Numbered from the stretch's first letter, positions 25,984-36,460 are shown. The stretch: 64,000 bases of DNA from an uncultured Chloroflexia bacterium (GCA_963840375.1 CAWIYR010000002.1:1024613-1088612); one strand, 5' to 3'. Numbers and translations are program-made. The notes: generated by a model from the sequence alone, not told the origin.

Positions 25984-26928
25984 TCAGGCGGCGGGAGGGC
26001 TCTCCACCGGAGCCGGGGCCGGGCTCCGCCCGAACAGCTTCCGCCGTCCGAAGGGGCTGTTCACCAGCCCGACGCCGGTCAGGATCACGGCCGTCCCGAC
26101 GAGGGTCTGCAGGTCGATGACCTCGCCCAGGACGACGAATCCAAGGGCGATCGCGACGATCGGCATGAGATAGGTGATGAGCGACATCCGGGTGGGACCC
26201 ATGATGTGGATCAGCCGGAAGTAGATCAGGTAGGCGAAGGCCGAGCCGAAGACTCCGAGCCAGACGACCGCGAAGAGCGCCGACGCCGTCGACGGCAGCT
26301 CGATCGGCGACTCGAAGACGAGGGCGAGGGTCGTCACCACCACGAAGGCGATGCCGACCTGGAAGAACGCGGGCACGGTCGGGTGCTGGCCGCGCATCTT
26401 GAGCCGGACGAACACGTTGCCGATGGCATACGACACCGACGACAGGGCGATCGCGATCTCACCGATGACCTGGTCGCTGCCGCCGCCTCCGAGCCCGCGA
26501 CCGAGCAGGATGACGACGCCGCCGAACCCGATGATGAGCCCGACGAGCCGGTTGACGGTGATCGCCTCCTCGGCCAGGGCGAGCGAGGCGAAGACGATCG
26601 TGAAGAGCGGGGTGGTGGCCTGCAGGATCGCCGCCAGGTTCGACGGGATGTAGCGCTCGCCCCAGGTGATGAGGCTGAACGGCAGGACGATGTTGAAGAA
26701 GGCCATCACCACGAGCTTCCCGTAGGTCGAGCGCTCCCGCGGCAGGGGCGCCTTCGAGAGCCGCAGGGCGACGGCCAGGATCAGGCCGCCGAAGAACAGC
26801 CGGCAGGCGACCAGGGTGAAGGGCGCGAGGGTCTCGATCCCGATCTTGATGAACAGGTAGCTGCTGCCCCAGAAGAGCGAGATCAACCCGAACAGCAGCC
26901 AGTCTCGGGTCGTGGGTCGGGACGTCAT
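25984..26928 (-). CDS. EamA/DMT-superfamily transporter
   Basis: LLFGLISLFWGSSYLFIKIG is typical of an EamA repeat. Ten TM helices with a duplicated 5+5 architecture. Confidence 0.8.
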   Translation of the reverse strand: MTSRPTTRDWLLFGLISLFWGSSYLFIKIGIETLAPFTLVACRLFFGGLILAVALRLSKAPLPRERSTYGKLVVMAFFNIVLPFSLITWGERYIPSNLAAILQATTPLFTIVFASLALAEEAITVNRLVGLIIGFGGVVILLGRGLGGGGSDQVIGEIAIALSSVSYAIGNVFVRLKMRGQHPTVPAFFQVGIAFVVVTTLALVFESPIELPSTASALFAVVWLGVFGSAFAYLIYFRLIHIMGPTRMSLITYLMPIVAIALGFVVLGEVIDLQTLVGTAVILTGVGLVNSPFGRRKLFGRSPAPAPVESPPAA

Positions 26929-26971
26929 CGGGGTCCTCGGGCGGCGGTCGATCGGCAGATGATAGCGCGTG

Positions 26972-26993
26972 TTGGCCTAACCGGATAGGCCAA
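26972..26993. promoter_or_regulatory. 22-bp near-perfect palindrome TTGGCCTAACC|GGATAGGCCAA (candidate operator)
   Basis: Perfect 8-bp outer arms TTGGCCTA / TAGGCCAA. Relatively AT-rich island in the divergent EamA (26928) / galK (27103) intergenic region. Confidence 0.4.
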
Positions 26994-27102
26994 AGATGGA
27001 CCCGGACGCGGGATCGGACGGGACCGCAGGGAGAACCCGCCCGGGCCGCCGTCGGTTGCATCGCGGTCGGATGGGCCCGCGGCCGGCCTCGCTCCGTCTA
27101 CG

Positions 27103-28368
27103 ATGTCGTCAGCCCGCCGACGCGAGCCCCGACGCCCCGTGGAAAGGAGCCTCCAGCTGAGCCGAGCCGCGACCGCGACCGTCGCCGATCTCCAGCCGGC
27201 GGCCCTCGCCGCCGCCCTGGAGCGCGCCTTCCCGGCCGGTCCGGGGTCCGCCGCCGACGAGCCCGCCATCCGGGTCGTCCGGGCGCCCGGCCGGGTGAAC
27301 CTGATCGGCGAGTACACGGACATCAACGACGGGTTCGTCCTGCCTGCGGCGATCGACCTCGAGGTGCGGATCGCCGTCCGTCCGCGCCGCGATCGTCGGA
27401 TCCGCCTGGTCCTCGCCGCGACCGGGGAGCGGGCCGAGCTCGACCTCGACCGGATCGGACCGGCCCGGGGTCGCTGGCTGGACTACGTGGCCGGGACGGC
27501 CCGCGAGATGGAGGCGGCCGGGCTGCCGGTCCACGGCTTCGACGGCGCCCTCAACAGCAGTCTCCCATCCGGGTCGGGGCTCTCGTCCTCGGCGGCCCTC
27601 GAGCTGGCCGCGGCCTGGGCCCTGGCCGGTCCAGCCGCGCCGGCGACCGACCCCCTCTCGCTGGCCAGGATCGCCCAGCGGGCGGAGAACGCCTACGTCG
27701 GCGTCATGTGCGGGCTCATGGACCAGTTCGCGTCGGCGAGCGGCGTGGCCGGGGCGGCCGTGCTCCTCGACTGCCGGTCGCTCGACCATCGGGTCGTGCC
27801 CCTGCCGTCGTCGGTCGTGCTGGTCGTCGCCCACACCGGACGCCCGCGGACGCTCGGAACGAGCGAGTACAACGCCCGACGGGCCGACTGCGAGCGGGCG
27901 GTCCGGCTGCTGAGCGAGGAGGAGCCGTCCGTCCGCTCCCTGCGCGACGTCGACCCGGCCATGCTCGAGCGACACGCCTCGCGGCTCGACGGGATCGCCC
28001 TTCGGCGGGCCCGGCATGTCGTCGACGAGAACGACCGGGTGCTCAGGGTGGAGGCGGCCATGGCGGGCGGCGACCTGGAGGCGGTCGGAGGCCTGTTCGC
28101 GGCGAGCCACGCCTCGCTCCGCGACGACTTCGAGGTGAGTTCGCCGGAGCTCGACGCCCTCGTGGACATCGCCACCGCGGTGCCCGGCGTGATGGCCTCT
28201 CGGATGACCGGGGCCGGCTTCGGGGGCTGCACGGTCAGCCTCGTCCGACCCGACGCGGTCGAGGCGCTCCGGGCACGGATCCTGGCCGAGTACCCGGGTC
28301 GGACCGGGCGCACACCCCGGGTCTGGGTGGTCCGGGCCGCCGAGGGCGCCGGCGTCGTCGACCGCTGA
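27103..28368 (+). CDS. galK: Galactokinase
   Basis: GRVNLIGEYTD, PSGSGLSSSAALE, MTGAGFGGC (GHMP kinase motifs). The start is uncertain: a strong GGAAAGGAG precedes an in-frame CTG at 27157. Confidence 0.85.
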   Translation: MSSARRREPRRPVERSLQLSRAATATVADLQPAALAAALERAFPAGPGSAADEPAIRVVRAPGRVNLIGEYTDINDGFVLPAAIDLEVRIAVRPRRDRRIRLVLAATGERAELDLDRIGPARGRWLDYVAGTAREMEAAGLPVHGFDGALNSSLPSGSGLSSSAALELAAAWALAGPAAPATDPLSLARIAQRAENAYVGVMCGLMDQFASASGVAGAAVLLDCRSLDHRVVPLPSSVVLVVAHTGRPRTLGTSEYNARRADCERAVRLLSEEEPSVRSLRDVDPAMLERHASRLDGIALRRARHVVDENDRVLRVEAAMAGGDLEAVGGLFAASHASLRDDFEVSSPELDALVDIATAVPGVMASRMTGAGFGGCTVSLVRPDAVEALRARILAEYPGRTGRTPRVWVVRAAEGAGVVDR

Positions 28369-28456
28369 CCCGGGATCGACCGCGGCACCCTCGTCGAGTG
28401 CCGCGGGCGTCGATCGCCTGGTCGGGCTGGAGCCCGAGCGGGCTCCCGGCGGGCCG

Positions 28457-29362
28457 TCAGCCCTTGGTGGAGCCCAGGGTGAGTCCGCTGATGAACTGCT
28501 TCTGGGCGGCGAAGAAGACGATCATGGTGGGCAGGGCCACGATGATCGCGCCCGCGGCGATCAGGTTGTTATCCACGAAGAAGTTGCCCTTGAGGTTGTT
28601 GAGCGCGGAAGTGATCGGCATCCGCTCCCCGCTCTTCATCAACAGGAGGGCCCAGAAGAAGTCGTTGTAGATCCAGGTCGTCTCGAGAACGACCAGGGCT
28701 GCGAACGCCGGCCGGACCAGCGGCATGATGACCTTGTAGTAGATCTGGAACACGCCCGCGCCATCGACCACCGCCGCCTCGGTGATCTCATGCGGCAGCG
28801 TCTTCATGTAGTTGCTGAGCACGAACGTGCAGAAGCCCAGCTGGAACGCGACGTGAATGGCGATGATGCCGAAGTACTGGTCGTACCACAGGCCGTTGTC
28901 GCTGAGCAGCGGCGGCAGCGGCAGGAGCAGGTACATGCGGAACAGGGGCGTGATGATGACCTGCTGGGGCAGCAGGTTGCCCGCCGTGAAGAGCATCAGG
29001 AAGAGCAGGTTGAAGCGCCAGCTGAAGCGCGACAGGACGAACGCCGCCATCGAGGCGAGGAGCAGGGTCAGGAAGACCGCCGGCACCACCACGATCAACG
29101 TGTTGAGGAAGTACGACGGGAGGTTGCCGTCGGTGAAGGCCTTAACGTAGTTGTCGAAGTTGTACGACCCGCCGACCGAGACGTACCCGAGCTTGGCGGT
29201 GTCCGCATACGGCCGGAGTGACGTGTAGAACGCGTAGACCAGTGGGAAGAGCCAGACCAGGGCCATCGTGAACAGGAAGATGTGCAGGGCGGTCCGGCGC
29301 CAGCGGATCCCCGTCTTCTTCCTGACCTGGGCGGCGGCCACCTCGGAGCTCACGGCGGTCAT
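28457..29362 (-). CDS. Carbohydrate ABC transporter permease (MalG-like)
   Basis: Six TM helices; EAA loop EITEAAVVDGAGVFQIYYKVIMPLVRPA. Confidence 0.85.
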   Translation of the reverse strand: MTAVSSEVAAAQVRKKTGIRWRRTALHIFLFTMALVWLFPLVYAFYTSLRPYADTAKLGYVSVGGSYNFDNYVKAFTDGNLPSYFLNTLIVVVPAVFLTLLLASMAAFVLSRFSWRFNLLFLMLFTAGNLLPQQVIITPLFRMYLLLPLPPLLSDNGLWYDQYFGIIAIHVAFQLGFCTFVLSNYMKTLPHEITEAAVVDGAGVFQIYYKVIMPLVRPAFAALVVLETTWIYNDFFWALLLMKSGERMPITSALNNLKGNFFVDNNLIAAGAIIVALPTMIVFFAAQKQFISGLTLGSTKG

Positions 29363-30324
29363 CGGGACTCCTCGCGCAATGTCCGGCTGAGGTAGAAGAT
29401 GATCGGCCCGACGGCGACCACCAGCAGCACGACGGCGATGGCCGAACCGAACCCGATCCGGCTCGCCTCGCCGATGATGTTGTTCGTGACCAGGACCGAG
29501 AGCAGCTCGAGTCCGTTGAGACCGCGGTTGATGATGAACGCGAGATCGAACGCCCGGAGCGACTCGATGACCGTGATCACGAGGACCACGATGTTGATCG
29601 GCCGCATGACCGGGAACACGACCCGGAAGAACGTCTGGGACTCCGTGGCGCCGTCGACCTTGGCTGCCTCACGGAGGGTCGGGTCGACGCCTTTCAGGCC
29701 CGCCAGGTACAGGATCATCACGTAGCCGACCTGGCGCCAGCTCGCGAAGACGAGGATGGCCCACAGGTTCAGGCTGGAGTTCCCGAGCCAGTCGACGGGT
29801 TTCACCCCGAAGGCTGCCAGCACCCCGTTCACCAGCCCCTGGTCCGTCGAGAGGAACAGCTGGGCGATGAACCCGATGATGGCCAGCGAGAGGACGACCG
29901 GTAGGTAGAGGGCGCCCTGGTAGAACCGGGTGCCCCGGATCTCCTTGTCGAGGAGCACGGCGAAGAAGATCCCGAGCGGCGTCGCGATGAACAGGAAGAC
30001 CCCGAGCCAGATCAGGTTATGCGTGATCGCGGGCCAGAACGGCGGATACGTCGTCACCAGCACCCGGTAGTTGTCGATCCCGACGAACTTGATCCGGTCG
30101 AGCCCGCCGATCCCGTTCCAGCTCGTGAACGACAGCACGATCGAGAACAGGGTGGGGACCCAGACCAGGAAGATGTGGACGAACGCGGGGATGCCCAACA
30201 GGAGGGCGAGGACCATCCAGTCGCGGCGCGTGAGGAGGCCGCGACCCTTCAGCCGCTGTGGAACGGGCGCAGCCCCGACCCCGGACGGGGTCGGGGCTGC
30301 GGATCCGGCGACGTCAGACGTCAC
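29359..30324 (-). CDS. Carbohydrate ABC transporter permease (MalF-like)
   Basis: EAA loop LREAAKVDGATESQTFFRVVFPVMRP. ATGA overlap with the downstream permease. Confidence 0.85.
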   Translation of the reverse strand: MTSDVAGSAAPTPSGVGAAPVPQRLKGRGLLTRRDWMVLALLLGIPAFVHIFLVWVPTLFSIVLSFTSWNGIGGLDRIKFVGIDNYRVLVTTYPPFWPAITHNLIWLGVFLFIATPLGIFFAVLLDKEIRGTRFYQGALYLPVVLSLAIIGFIAQLFLSTDQGLVNGVLAAFGVKPVDWLGNSSLNLWAILVFASWRQVGYVMILYLAGLKGVDPTLREAAKVDGATESQTFFRVVFPVMRPINIVVLVITVIESLRAFDLAFIINRGLNGLELLSVLVTNNIIGEASRIGFGSAIAVVLLVVAVGPIIFYLSRTLREESR

Positions 30325-30347
30325 GGCGTTCGGTCCGGCTCAGCGGA

Positions 30348-31703
30348 TCACTGCGCGGGAAGCGAGTCGTAGACGCCCTGGATCTTCGCCGTGTAGGCGG
30401 CCAGATCCTGGGACGGATTCTTGATGAAGTCCTGCAGGAGTGCCTGCATGCCCTGCGCCCCGGCGAAGTCGGAGCGAGTATCGCGGTCGAGGAACTGGGC
30501 GACACCACCGGACGCCCCGATGATCTCGGCCATCTTGGTCTGCTGCGGGGTGAACGAGCTCGTGTCCGTCACCTTCGATGCTGGGATCTGGCTTTGGTCC
30601 TTGCCGAGGAAGGCCAGCTGCGCCTCGGGGGTCGCGAAGCACGCGAGCATCGCCTTGGCGGCTGGAAGGTTCTTGGGAGCCTTGCTCAGGATCCAGGCGT
30701 CGACCGGGGCGTCGATGCCCAACTCGGAGTCGTACTGGGTCCCGAGGGTCGGGAACGGGAAGAAGTCGACGTCAGCCTGGTCCGCCGCCGGCACCTGCTG
30801 GGACGCGAACGTGCCCAGGAAGTACATCGCAGCCTTGTTGTTGGCCCACGTCTGGGCGCCTTCCTGCCAGGTCCGGCCGAGTGGATCGGGCTGGGTGTAG
30901 GGCAACAGCTCGGCCCACTTCGCGAAGACCGCCTGGACCTTGGGATCGGTCCACTTCTGCTTGCCGGCCAGGAGGTCGGCGTGGAACTGATAGCCGTTCA
31001 TGCGCATGTTCAGGATATCGAACGTGCCCATCGCCGGCCAGCCGTCCTTGTCGGCGAAGGCGAGCGGGATGAGGCCGTCGGCCTGGATCTTCTTGGCCAG
31101 CGTCACGAACTCGTCCCAGGTCTTGGGGACGGTGTAGCCCTTCTGCTGGAAGAAGCTCTTCCGATAGAGGACGACCCACGGATAGGAGACGATCGGCACC
31201 GCGTACTTCTTGCCGTCGTCACCCTGGGATGCCTTGGCCATGCCGTCCGTGTAGTTCGCGGCGATCGTCTGCCAGACGTCGTCGATCGGCGTCAGCAGGC
31301 CGTTCCGGGCCGGGAACCGGAGGCGCTCACCCGTGAACCACTTCACGATGTCGTCGGGCGTGCCCTGCATGAACGTGTTGAACTGGTCCTGGAAGTCGTT
31401 GTGATTCGAGGTCGAGACCACGGCCTGGGCCCCGGTCTTCGCGGTGCAGTAGTCGACCATCGCCTTGACGGATGCGGCCGGCACCGTCTCGTGCTCGTTC
31501 GAACGGATCGTCGTCGAGCCCAGGGTGCCGGCGGTGGCCGGCCCCGAGGTGTATTTGAGTGGCGGGGCGGGGGTCGCGGCAGGCGCGGCCGCCCCGGCGC
31601 TCGGCGAGCTGCCGGACGAGCTGCACGCGGAGAACAGCATGAGGGCCGCGGCTCCGACCGCGAGGCCCCTGAGCGCCAGGCTAGGGCGCGGGGTGGATAC
31701 CAT
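30348..31703 (-). CDS. Sugar ABC transporter substrate-binding lipoprotein
   Basis: Lipobox LMLFSAC. About 450 aa, family-1 SBP-like. Strong SD AAGGAGGAG upstream of ATG 31703. Confidence 0.8.
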   Translation of the reverse strand: MVSTPRPSLALRGLAVGAAALMLFSACSSSGSSPSAGAAAPAATPAPPLKYTSGPATAGTLGSTTIRSNEHETVPAASVKAMVDYCTAKTGAQAVVSTSNHNDFQDQFNTFMQGTPDDIVKWFTGERLRFPARNGLLTPIDDVWQTIAANYTDGMAKASQGDDGKKYAVPIVSYPWVVLYRKSFFQQKGYTVPKTWDEFVTLAKKIQADGLIPLAFADKDGWPAMGTFDILNMRMNGYQFHADLLAGKQKWTDPKVQAVFAKWAELLPYTQPDPLGRTWQEGAQTWANNKAAMYFLGTFASQQVPAADQADVDFFPFPTLGTQYDSELGIDAPVDAWILSKAPKNLPAAKAMLACFATPEAQLAFLGKDQSQIPASKVTDTSSFTPQQTKMAEIIGASGGVAQFLDRDTRSDFAGAQGMQALLQDFIKNPSQDLAAYTAKIQGVYDSLPAQ

Positions 31704-31934
31704 CGATCTCCTCCTTGAGTGTCGACGCCTGGTCAGCGACCAACAGAAACCGACACAACCGCACGGATTGTGGTTCTCCGCCTGCCCGATGTCAAGGGAA
31801 TTTCGGCCTCTCTGTGGATAACTTGGGCGAGTCCGTTGACTTGTGTTGGTTCGTGGTGCAATCTGGCAGGCAACGCGACGTATCGCCGCGCGGCCCGAAC
31901 GTCACGGGCAACGTACGGACGACGGAGGGTCGGA

Positions 31935-32819
31935 GTGCTAGCGCGCCAGCGACAGGCGTACATCCTCGACCGGGTCCGCGAGGATGGCGGGGTGCGAGTG
32001 GCCGATCTCGTCCGCGAGCTCGGCGTCTCCGACATGACGATCCGACGGGACCTCGAGATCCTCCACGACCAGGGCCTCCTCGAGAAGGTCCATGGCGGTG
32101 CCACGGCGGTCCCCGGGAGCGCGATGTTCGAGCCCGGGTTCGCCGCCAAATCGGCCCTCCAGCAGAGCGAGAAGGAGGCGATCGCGGAGGCCGCCGCCGC
32201 CTTCGTGGAGCCCGGCACGGCGATCGGGATCTCGGCCGGCACCACCACCTATGCCCTGGCCCGCCGGCTGGTCGACGTCCCGGGCCTGACGGTCGTCACG
32301 AACTCGCCCCGCGTCGCCGACATCCTCCACGAGGCCGGTCGCAAGGGCCAGACGATCATCCTGACCGGCGGCGTCCGAACGCCCTCCGACGCGCTCGTCG
32401 GGCCGTTCGCGGTATCGGCCCTCCGGAGCGTGAACCTCGACCTCGTGTTCCTCGGGGTCCACGGGATGGATGCCCACGCCGGGTTCACCTCGCCGAACCT
32501 CCAGGAGGCCGAGACCGACCAGGCCCTGCTGGAGGCGGGCCGCCGACTCGTGGTGGTGGCCGACCACACGAAGTGGGGCGTCATCGGGCTCAGCTCGATC
32601 GCCCGGCTCGACCAGGCGGATGTCCTGATCACCGACTCGCACGTCACCCGCGAGGCGCGCGAGATCCTCGAGTCGCGGGTCCGCGAGTTCGTCGTCGTTG
32701 AGCCGCGGACCGGGGGGACGGCCCCGGCCGCCCTGCCGGGAGCCGATCCGACGGCCGTGCGTCGCCCGGTCGGGGAACCCGCCCGCCTGCGGCTCGCCGG
32801 AGCGGAGACGCATGCCTGA
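31935..32819 (+). CDS. DeoR/GlpR-family transcriptional regulator
   Basis: ORF 31719..32819 trimmed to GTG 31935, preceded by GGAGGG. HTH VADLVRELGVSDMTIRRDLEILHDQGLL followed by a sugar-phosphate-binding-type C-domain. Confidence 0.8.
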   Translation: MLARQRQAYILDRVREDGGVRVADLVRELGVSDMTIRRDLEILHDQGLLEKVHGGATAVPGSAMFEPGFAAKSALQQSEKEAIAEAAAAFVEPGTAIGISAGTTTYALARRLVDVPGLTVVTNSPRVADILHEAGRKGQTIILTGGVRTPSDALVGPFAVSALRSVNLDLVFLGVHGMDAHAGFTSPNLQEAETDQALLEAGRRLVVVADHTKWGVIGLSSIARLDQADVLITDSHVTREAREILESRVREFVVVEPRTGGTAPAALPGADPTAVRRPVGEPARLRLAGAETHA

Positions 32820-33912
32820 CGGGGCGGACCCCGCGTCGGGGACCCTGGCCCACGCGGCCGGCATGGGCGGCCTGGCCGACCAGCCCCATCGACGCTACAA
32901 CCCCCTCATCGACGAGTGGGTCCTCGTCTCGACCGGTCGGACGCAGCGGCCGTGGCAGGGTCGGAAGGACCCCCGCGCCGACGATCGACGGCCGAGCTAC
33001 GACCCAGGCTGCTACCTCTGCCCGGGCAACGTCCGGGCGAACGGGGAGCGCAACCCGGACTACGGGGACACGTTCGTCTTCACCAACGACTATGCCGCCC
33101 TGCGCCCGGACACGGCCGACATCCGGGTCGCCGACGGGCTGCTCGTCGCCGAGGGTGAGCGGGGGACCTGCCGGGTCCTGTGCTTCTCCCCCCGGCATGA
33201 CCTGACCATGGCCCGGATGAGCCAGCCGGCAGTCCGGCGGACGGTGGACCTGTGGGCCGAGCAGACCGAAGAGCTCGGGGCGACCTACCGCTGGGTCCAG
33301 GTGTTCGAGAACCGGGGCGAGACGATGGGCGCGTCGAACCCGCATCCCCACGGCCAGATCTGGGCCGGGACCGCCCTCCCGCGTGAGGCCGCCCGCGAGG
33401 ACGCGGGTCAGCGCCGTCACCGCGAGGCGACCGGTCGGCGTCTCCTGCTCGACTACGTGGGCCAGGAGAGCGGCGGACCTCGGGTCGTGGTGGAGAACGA
33501 CGAGTGGCTCGCGGTCGTCCCGTTCTGGGGGCTCTGGCCGTTCGAGACCCTGGTCATCGCGAAGCGGCCCACGACGCGGCTGTCCGAGCTCGCGTCGTCG
33601 GCCCGGGATGCCCTCGCCACGGCGCTCATCGATCTCCTGAGTCGCTACGACAACCTGTTCCAGTCCCCGTTCCCGTACTCGATGGGCTGGCACCAGGCCC
33701 CGTTCGACGGCGCGGACCACGACCACTGGCAGCTCCATGCCCACTTCTATCCGCCGCTCCTCCGCTCGGCGACGGTCCGCAAGTTCATGGTCGGCTACGA
33801 GCTCCTCGCCGAGACCCAGCGCGACCTCAGCGCCGAGGAGGCCGCCGAGCGACTGCGGGTGGCCTCGCCCGTCCACTACCTCGGCGAGACCCCGGAGACC
33901 CTGCCGGCCTAG
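32812..33912 (+). CDS. galT: Galactose-1-phosphate uridylyltransferase
   Basis: RYNPLIDEWVLVS, Zn-site CYLCPGN, active-site ASNPHPHGQIWA. ATG 32812 overlaps the end of the DeoR gene. Confidence 0.85.
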   Translation: MPDGADPASGTLAHAAGMGGLADQPHRRYNPLIDEWVLVSTGRTQRPWQGRKDPRADDRRPSYDPGCYLCPGNVRANGERNPDYGDTFVFTNDYAALRPDTADIRVADGLLVAEGERGTCRVLCFSPRHDLTMARMSQPAVRRTVDLWAEQTEELGATYRWVQVFENRGETMGASNPHPHGQIWAGTALPREAAREDAGQRRHREATGRRLLLDYVGQESGGPRVVVENDEWLAVVPFWGLWPFETLVIAKRPTTRLSELASSARDALATALIDLLSRYDNLFQSPFPYSMGWHQAPFDGADHDHWQLHAHFYPPLLRSATVRKFMVGYELLAETQRDLSAEEAAERLRVASPVHYLGETPETLPA

Positions 33913-34022
33913 GGCCGGCCCGGTCGCGCCGGCCGGGTCCGCGGAGCGTGGCCCGACCAGACGGGTCGACGGTGCTCCGGTCCGCGACCCCCGCTACGAT
34001 GGGCGGCCTGACGGACGGAGGG

Positions 34023-35444
34023 ATGATGAAGCTCTGGGGCGGTCGCTTCTCGGCCGGCAACGATCCGCGGGTCGCCGCGTTCACCCGCTCGATCGAGATC
34101 GACGCCGCCCTCGCGCTCGACGACCTCGACGGCTCGGTCGCCCACGTGCGCGGCCTCGGCCGGGCGGGGCTGTTGGCCCCCGATGAGGTCGAACAGCTCA
34201 TCGCCGGCCTCGACGGCCTGCGGGCCGAGGTCGAAGCCGGCACGCTCGCCTGGGACCCCGCCCTCGAGGACGTCCACCTGAACCTCGAGGCCGCCCTCGA
34301 GGCTCGGATCGGACCGCTGGCCGGGAAGCTCCACACCGGTCGCTCGCGCAACGACCAGGTGGCGACCGATCTGCGCCTCTGGCTCCGACGGACGATCGAC
34401 GCGCTCGACGACGCCGTCCTCCAGCTCGAACGGGCGCTGGTGGGGCTGGCCGAGCGCGACGGCGCGGCGATCCTGCCCGGGACGACCCATATCCAGCCGG
34501 CCCAGCCGGTCCTCCTCGCGCATCACCTCCTGGCCTACGTCGAGATGCTCGAGCGGGACCGTGGCCGACTGGCCGACTGCCGACGTCGGGCGAACGTGTC
34601 GCCGCTCGGGGCCGGGGCGCTGGCCGGGGCCGGCTACCCGCTCGACCGAGAGTCGACCGCCCGGGAGCTCGGCTTCGACAGGGTGACGGCCAACTCGCTC
34701 GACGCGGTCTCGGACCGGGACTTCGTCGTCGAGTTCCTCGCCGCGGCGGCCCTGGCGATGGTCCACCTCAGCCGCTTCGCCGAGGAGCTCACCTGGTGGT
34801 CGAACCCGCGCTTCGGGTTCGTCCGGCTCTCCGACGCCTTCTCGACCGGCAGTTCGATGATGCCGAACAAGAAGAACCCCGACCCCGCCGAGCTCGTCCG
34901 CGGCCGTTCTGCCCGGGTCATCGGATCGCTGGCCGGGATGCTGACCCTGCTCAAGGGACTGCCGCTGGCCTACCAGCGCGACCTCCAGGAGGACAAGGCG
35001 CCGCTGTTCGAGGCCGCGGCCACGCTCGAAGCCTCGCTCGGGGTCATGGCCGGGATCGTCGACACGCTGGCGGTCGACGCGGCCGCGATGCGGGCCGCGG
35101 CGGAGGAGGGGTTCACCACCGCGACCGCGGTGGCCGACACCCTCGTCCGGCGAGGCGTCCCGTTCCGATCTGCCCACCACGTCGTCGGGGCCCTGGTCGC
35201 CGCCGCCGAGCTCGCCGGGGTCGGTCTCGCGGCGCTCGACGACGGAACGATCCGGGCGGCGCTCCGGGCGAGCGAGGACCCGGCGGCGGTCGCTCTGGCC
35301 GACGATCCGGGGGCCGGTGACCTCGTCCGGGCGGCCGCCTCGATCGAGGGCGCCGTGGCCGCCTGCGACGTCGTGGGCGGGACCGCGCCGGCCCGGGTCT
35401 CGGCGGCTCTCGCGGCGGCGCGCGCTCGTCTCGATCGCGCCTGA
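34023..35444 (+). CDS. argH: Argininosuccinate lyase
   Basis: Real part of ORF 33504..35444, from MMKLWGGRF. Fumarate-lyase signature GSSMMPNKKNPD. GGAGGG is the SD. TACGAT (33995-34000) is a candidate -10. Confidence 0.9.
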   Translation: MMKLWGGRFSAGNDPRVAAFTRSIEIDAALALDDLDGSVAHVRGLGRAGLLAPDEVEQLIAGLDGLRAEVEAGTLAWDPALEDVHLNLEAALEARIGPLAGKLHTGRSRNDQVATDLRLWLRRTIDALDDAVLQLERALVGLAERDGAAILPGTTHIQPAQPVLLAHHLLAYVEMLERDRGRLADCRRRANVSPLGAGALAGAGYPLDRESTARELGFDRVTANSLDAVSDRDFVVEFLAAAALAMVHLSRFAEELTWWSNPRFGFVRLSDAFSTGSSMMPNKKNPDPAELVRGRSARVIGSLAGMLTLLKGLPLAYQRDLQEDKAPLFEAAATLEASLGVMAGIVDTLAVDAAAMRAAAEEGFTTATAVADTLVRRGVPFRSAHHVVGALVAAAELAGVGLAALDDGTIRAALRASEDPAAVALADDPGAGDLVRAAASIEGAVAACDVVGGTAPARVSAALAAARARLDRA

Positions 35445-35486
35445 GGCAGACCTGGGCAGGGCAGGCGGACCGGCCGGCGCGTCTGC

Positions 35487-36395
35487 TCAGATCTCCGTGG
35501 TCGAGCAGACGGTCACCTCGCGGACCAGGTGCGAGTCGGGCGCCCAGGCCCGGGCCAGGATGACGTGGAACGTGGCGTCGGCTCGGCCGTGGGGCAGCTC
35601 GATCGTGGGCAGGTAGGTCGGCGGGATATCGCCCCGGAACGGGATGGCCTGCGACGCGCCACCGAAGCGGCCGGGGCCGGCCAACCGCCCCGCCCAGGCG
35701 ATGAGCTCCTCGTCCCGGCCCCCGCTCACCGTCGCCTGCACCTTGACCCGGAGCTCGAGCCGGACCTCCTGGAGGTCCATCTCGCCGTCCGTCTCGATCG
35801 TCAGGGTCCCCTCGATCGGCGCGCCGACGCAGATCGGCATCGGCTGGATCTCGACGGTGGCCCGGGCGTCGCCGCTGGACGAGTCGGCCGCTTCGTAGAG
35901 GGCGAACGCGCCGACCCGCACGACGCCGGCCCGCAGGAGAGCGGTCGGCTGGAGCACCCGGACCGGGATGACGATGGCCGCGTCGGGGGCGGCCTCGCAG
36001 TCGAGCTTGACTTCGAGGTCCCAGGTCAGCCGGCTGACCGTCGCCTCGAGGGTCGCCGGGCCGAGCGGTGGCACGGGCACCTCGAAGGCCAGCTCGCGAC
36101 GCTCCCCGGGCGCCAGCTCGACCGGCCCGGACAGCGCGACCGGCAGACGCTGGAGCTCGACCACGCGGGTCACGACCCGGGTCGTCGGATGGCCCTCGCC
36201 GTCCGTCGTCGTCTCGGTGTACTTCCACTGCTCGGTCGCGATGAGGCTGGCCAGGATCGCCCTGGCCGGCACGCCGTCCCGGGCGGAGATGACGACCGCG
36301 CCCTTCGTCGTCGTCCCGGGCAGGACGTCGTCCCGCTCCAGGCGCAGCTCGAAGTCGACGCCGTGGCTGTGGGCGTGCGCGACGATCCCTCCCAT
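35487..36395 (-). CDS. Hypothetical protein, possibly arrestin-like/Spo0M-like two-lobed beta-sandwich
   Basis: 302-aa ORF with good GC3. Two similar halves, each with a 'PG...G.V.I' start and a beta-rich alternating pattern. The family call is by loose resemblance only. Confidence 0.6.
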   Translation of the reverse strand: MGGIVAHAHSHGVDFELRLERDDVLPGTTTKGAVVISARDGVPARAILASLIATEQWKYTETTTDGEGHPTTRVVTRVVELQRLPVALSGPVELAPGERRELAFEVPVPPLGPATLEATVSRLTWDLEVKLDCEAAPDAAIVIPVRVLQPTALLRAGVVRVGAFALYEAADSSSGDARATVEIQPMPICVGAPIEGTLTIETDGEMDLQEVRLELRVKVQATVSGGRDEELIAWAGRLAGPGRFGGASQAIPFRGDIPPTYLPTIELPHGRADATFHVILARAWAPDSHLVREVTVCSTTEI

Positions 36396-36454
36396 CGGTC
36401 CTCCCGTCGCGATCGTACGGGCTGGACGGCCCGTCCGCTCGTCCGGCCGACGGC

Positions 36455-36460
36455 TACGAT
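36455..36460 (+). promoter_or_regulatory. -10-like hexamer TACGAT placed 6 nt before ATG 36467 (leaderless-type arrangement)
   Basis: TANNNT, then 6 nt, then the ATG of add. No SD. Confidence 0.4.

Noticed and set aside
31836-31864. TTGACT-17-CAATCT as the promoter of the DeoR gene
   Set aside because: The -10 is poor in every spacing I tried, so there is not enough support to list it as a feature.
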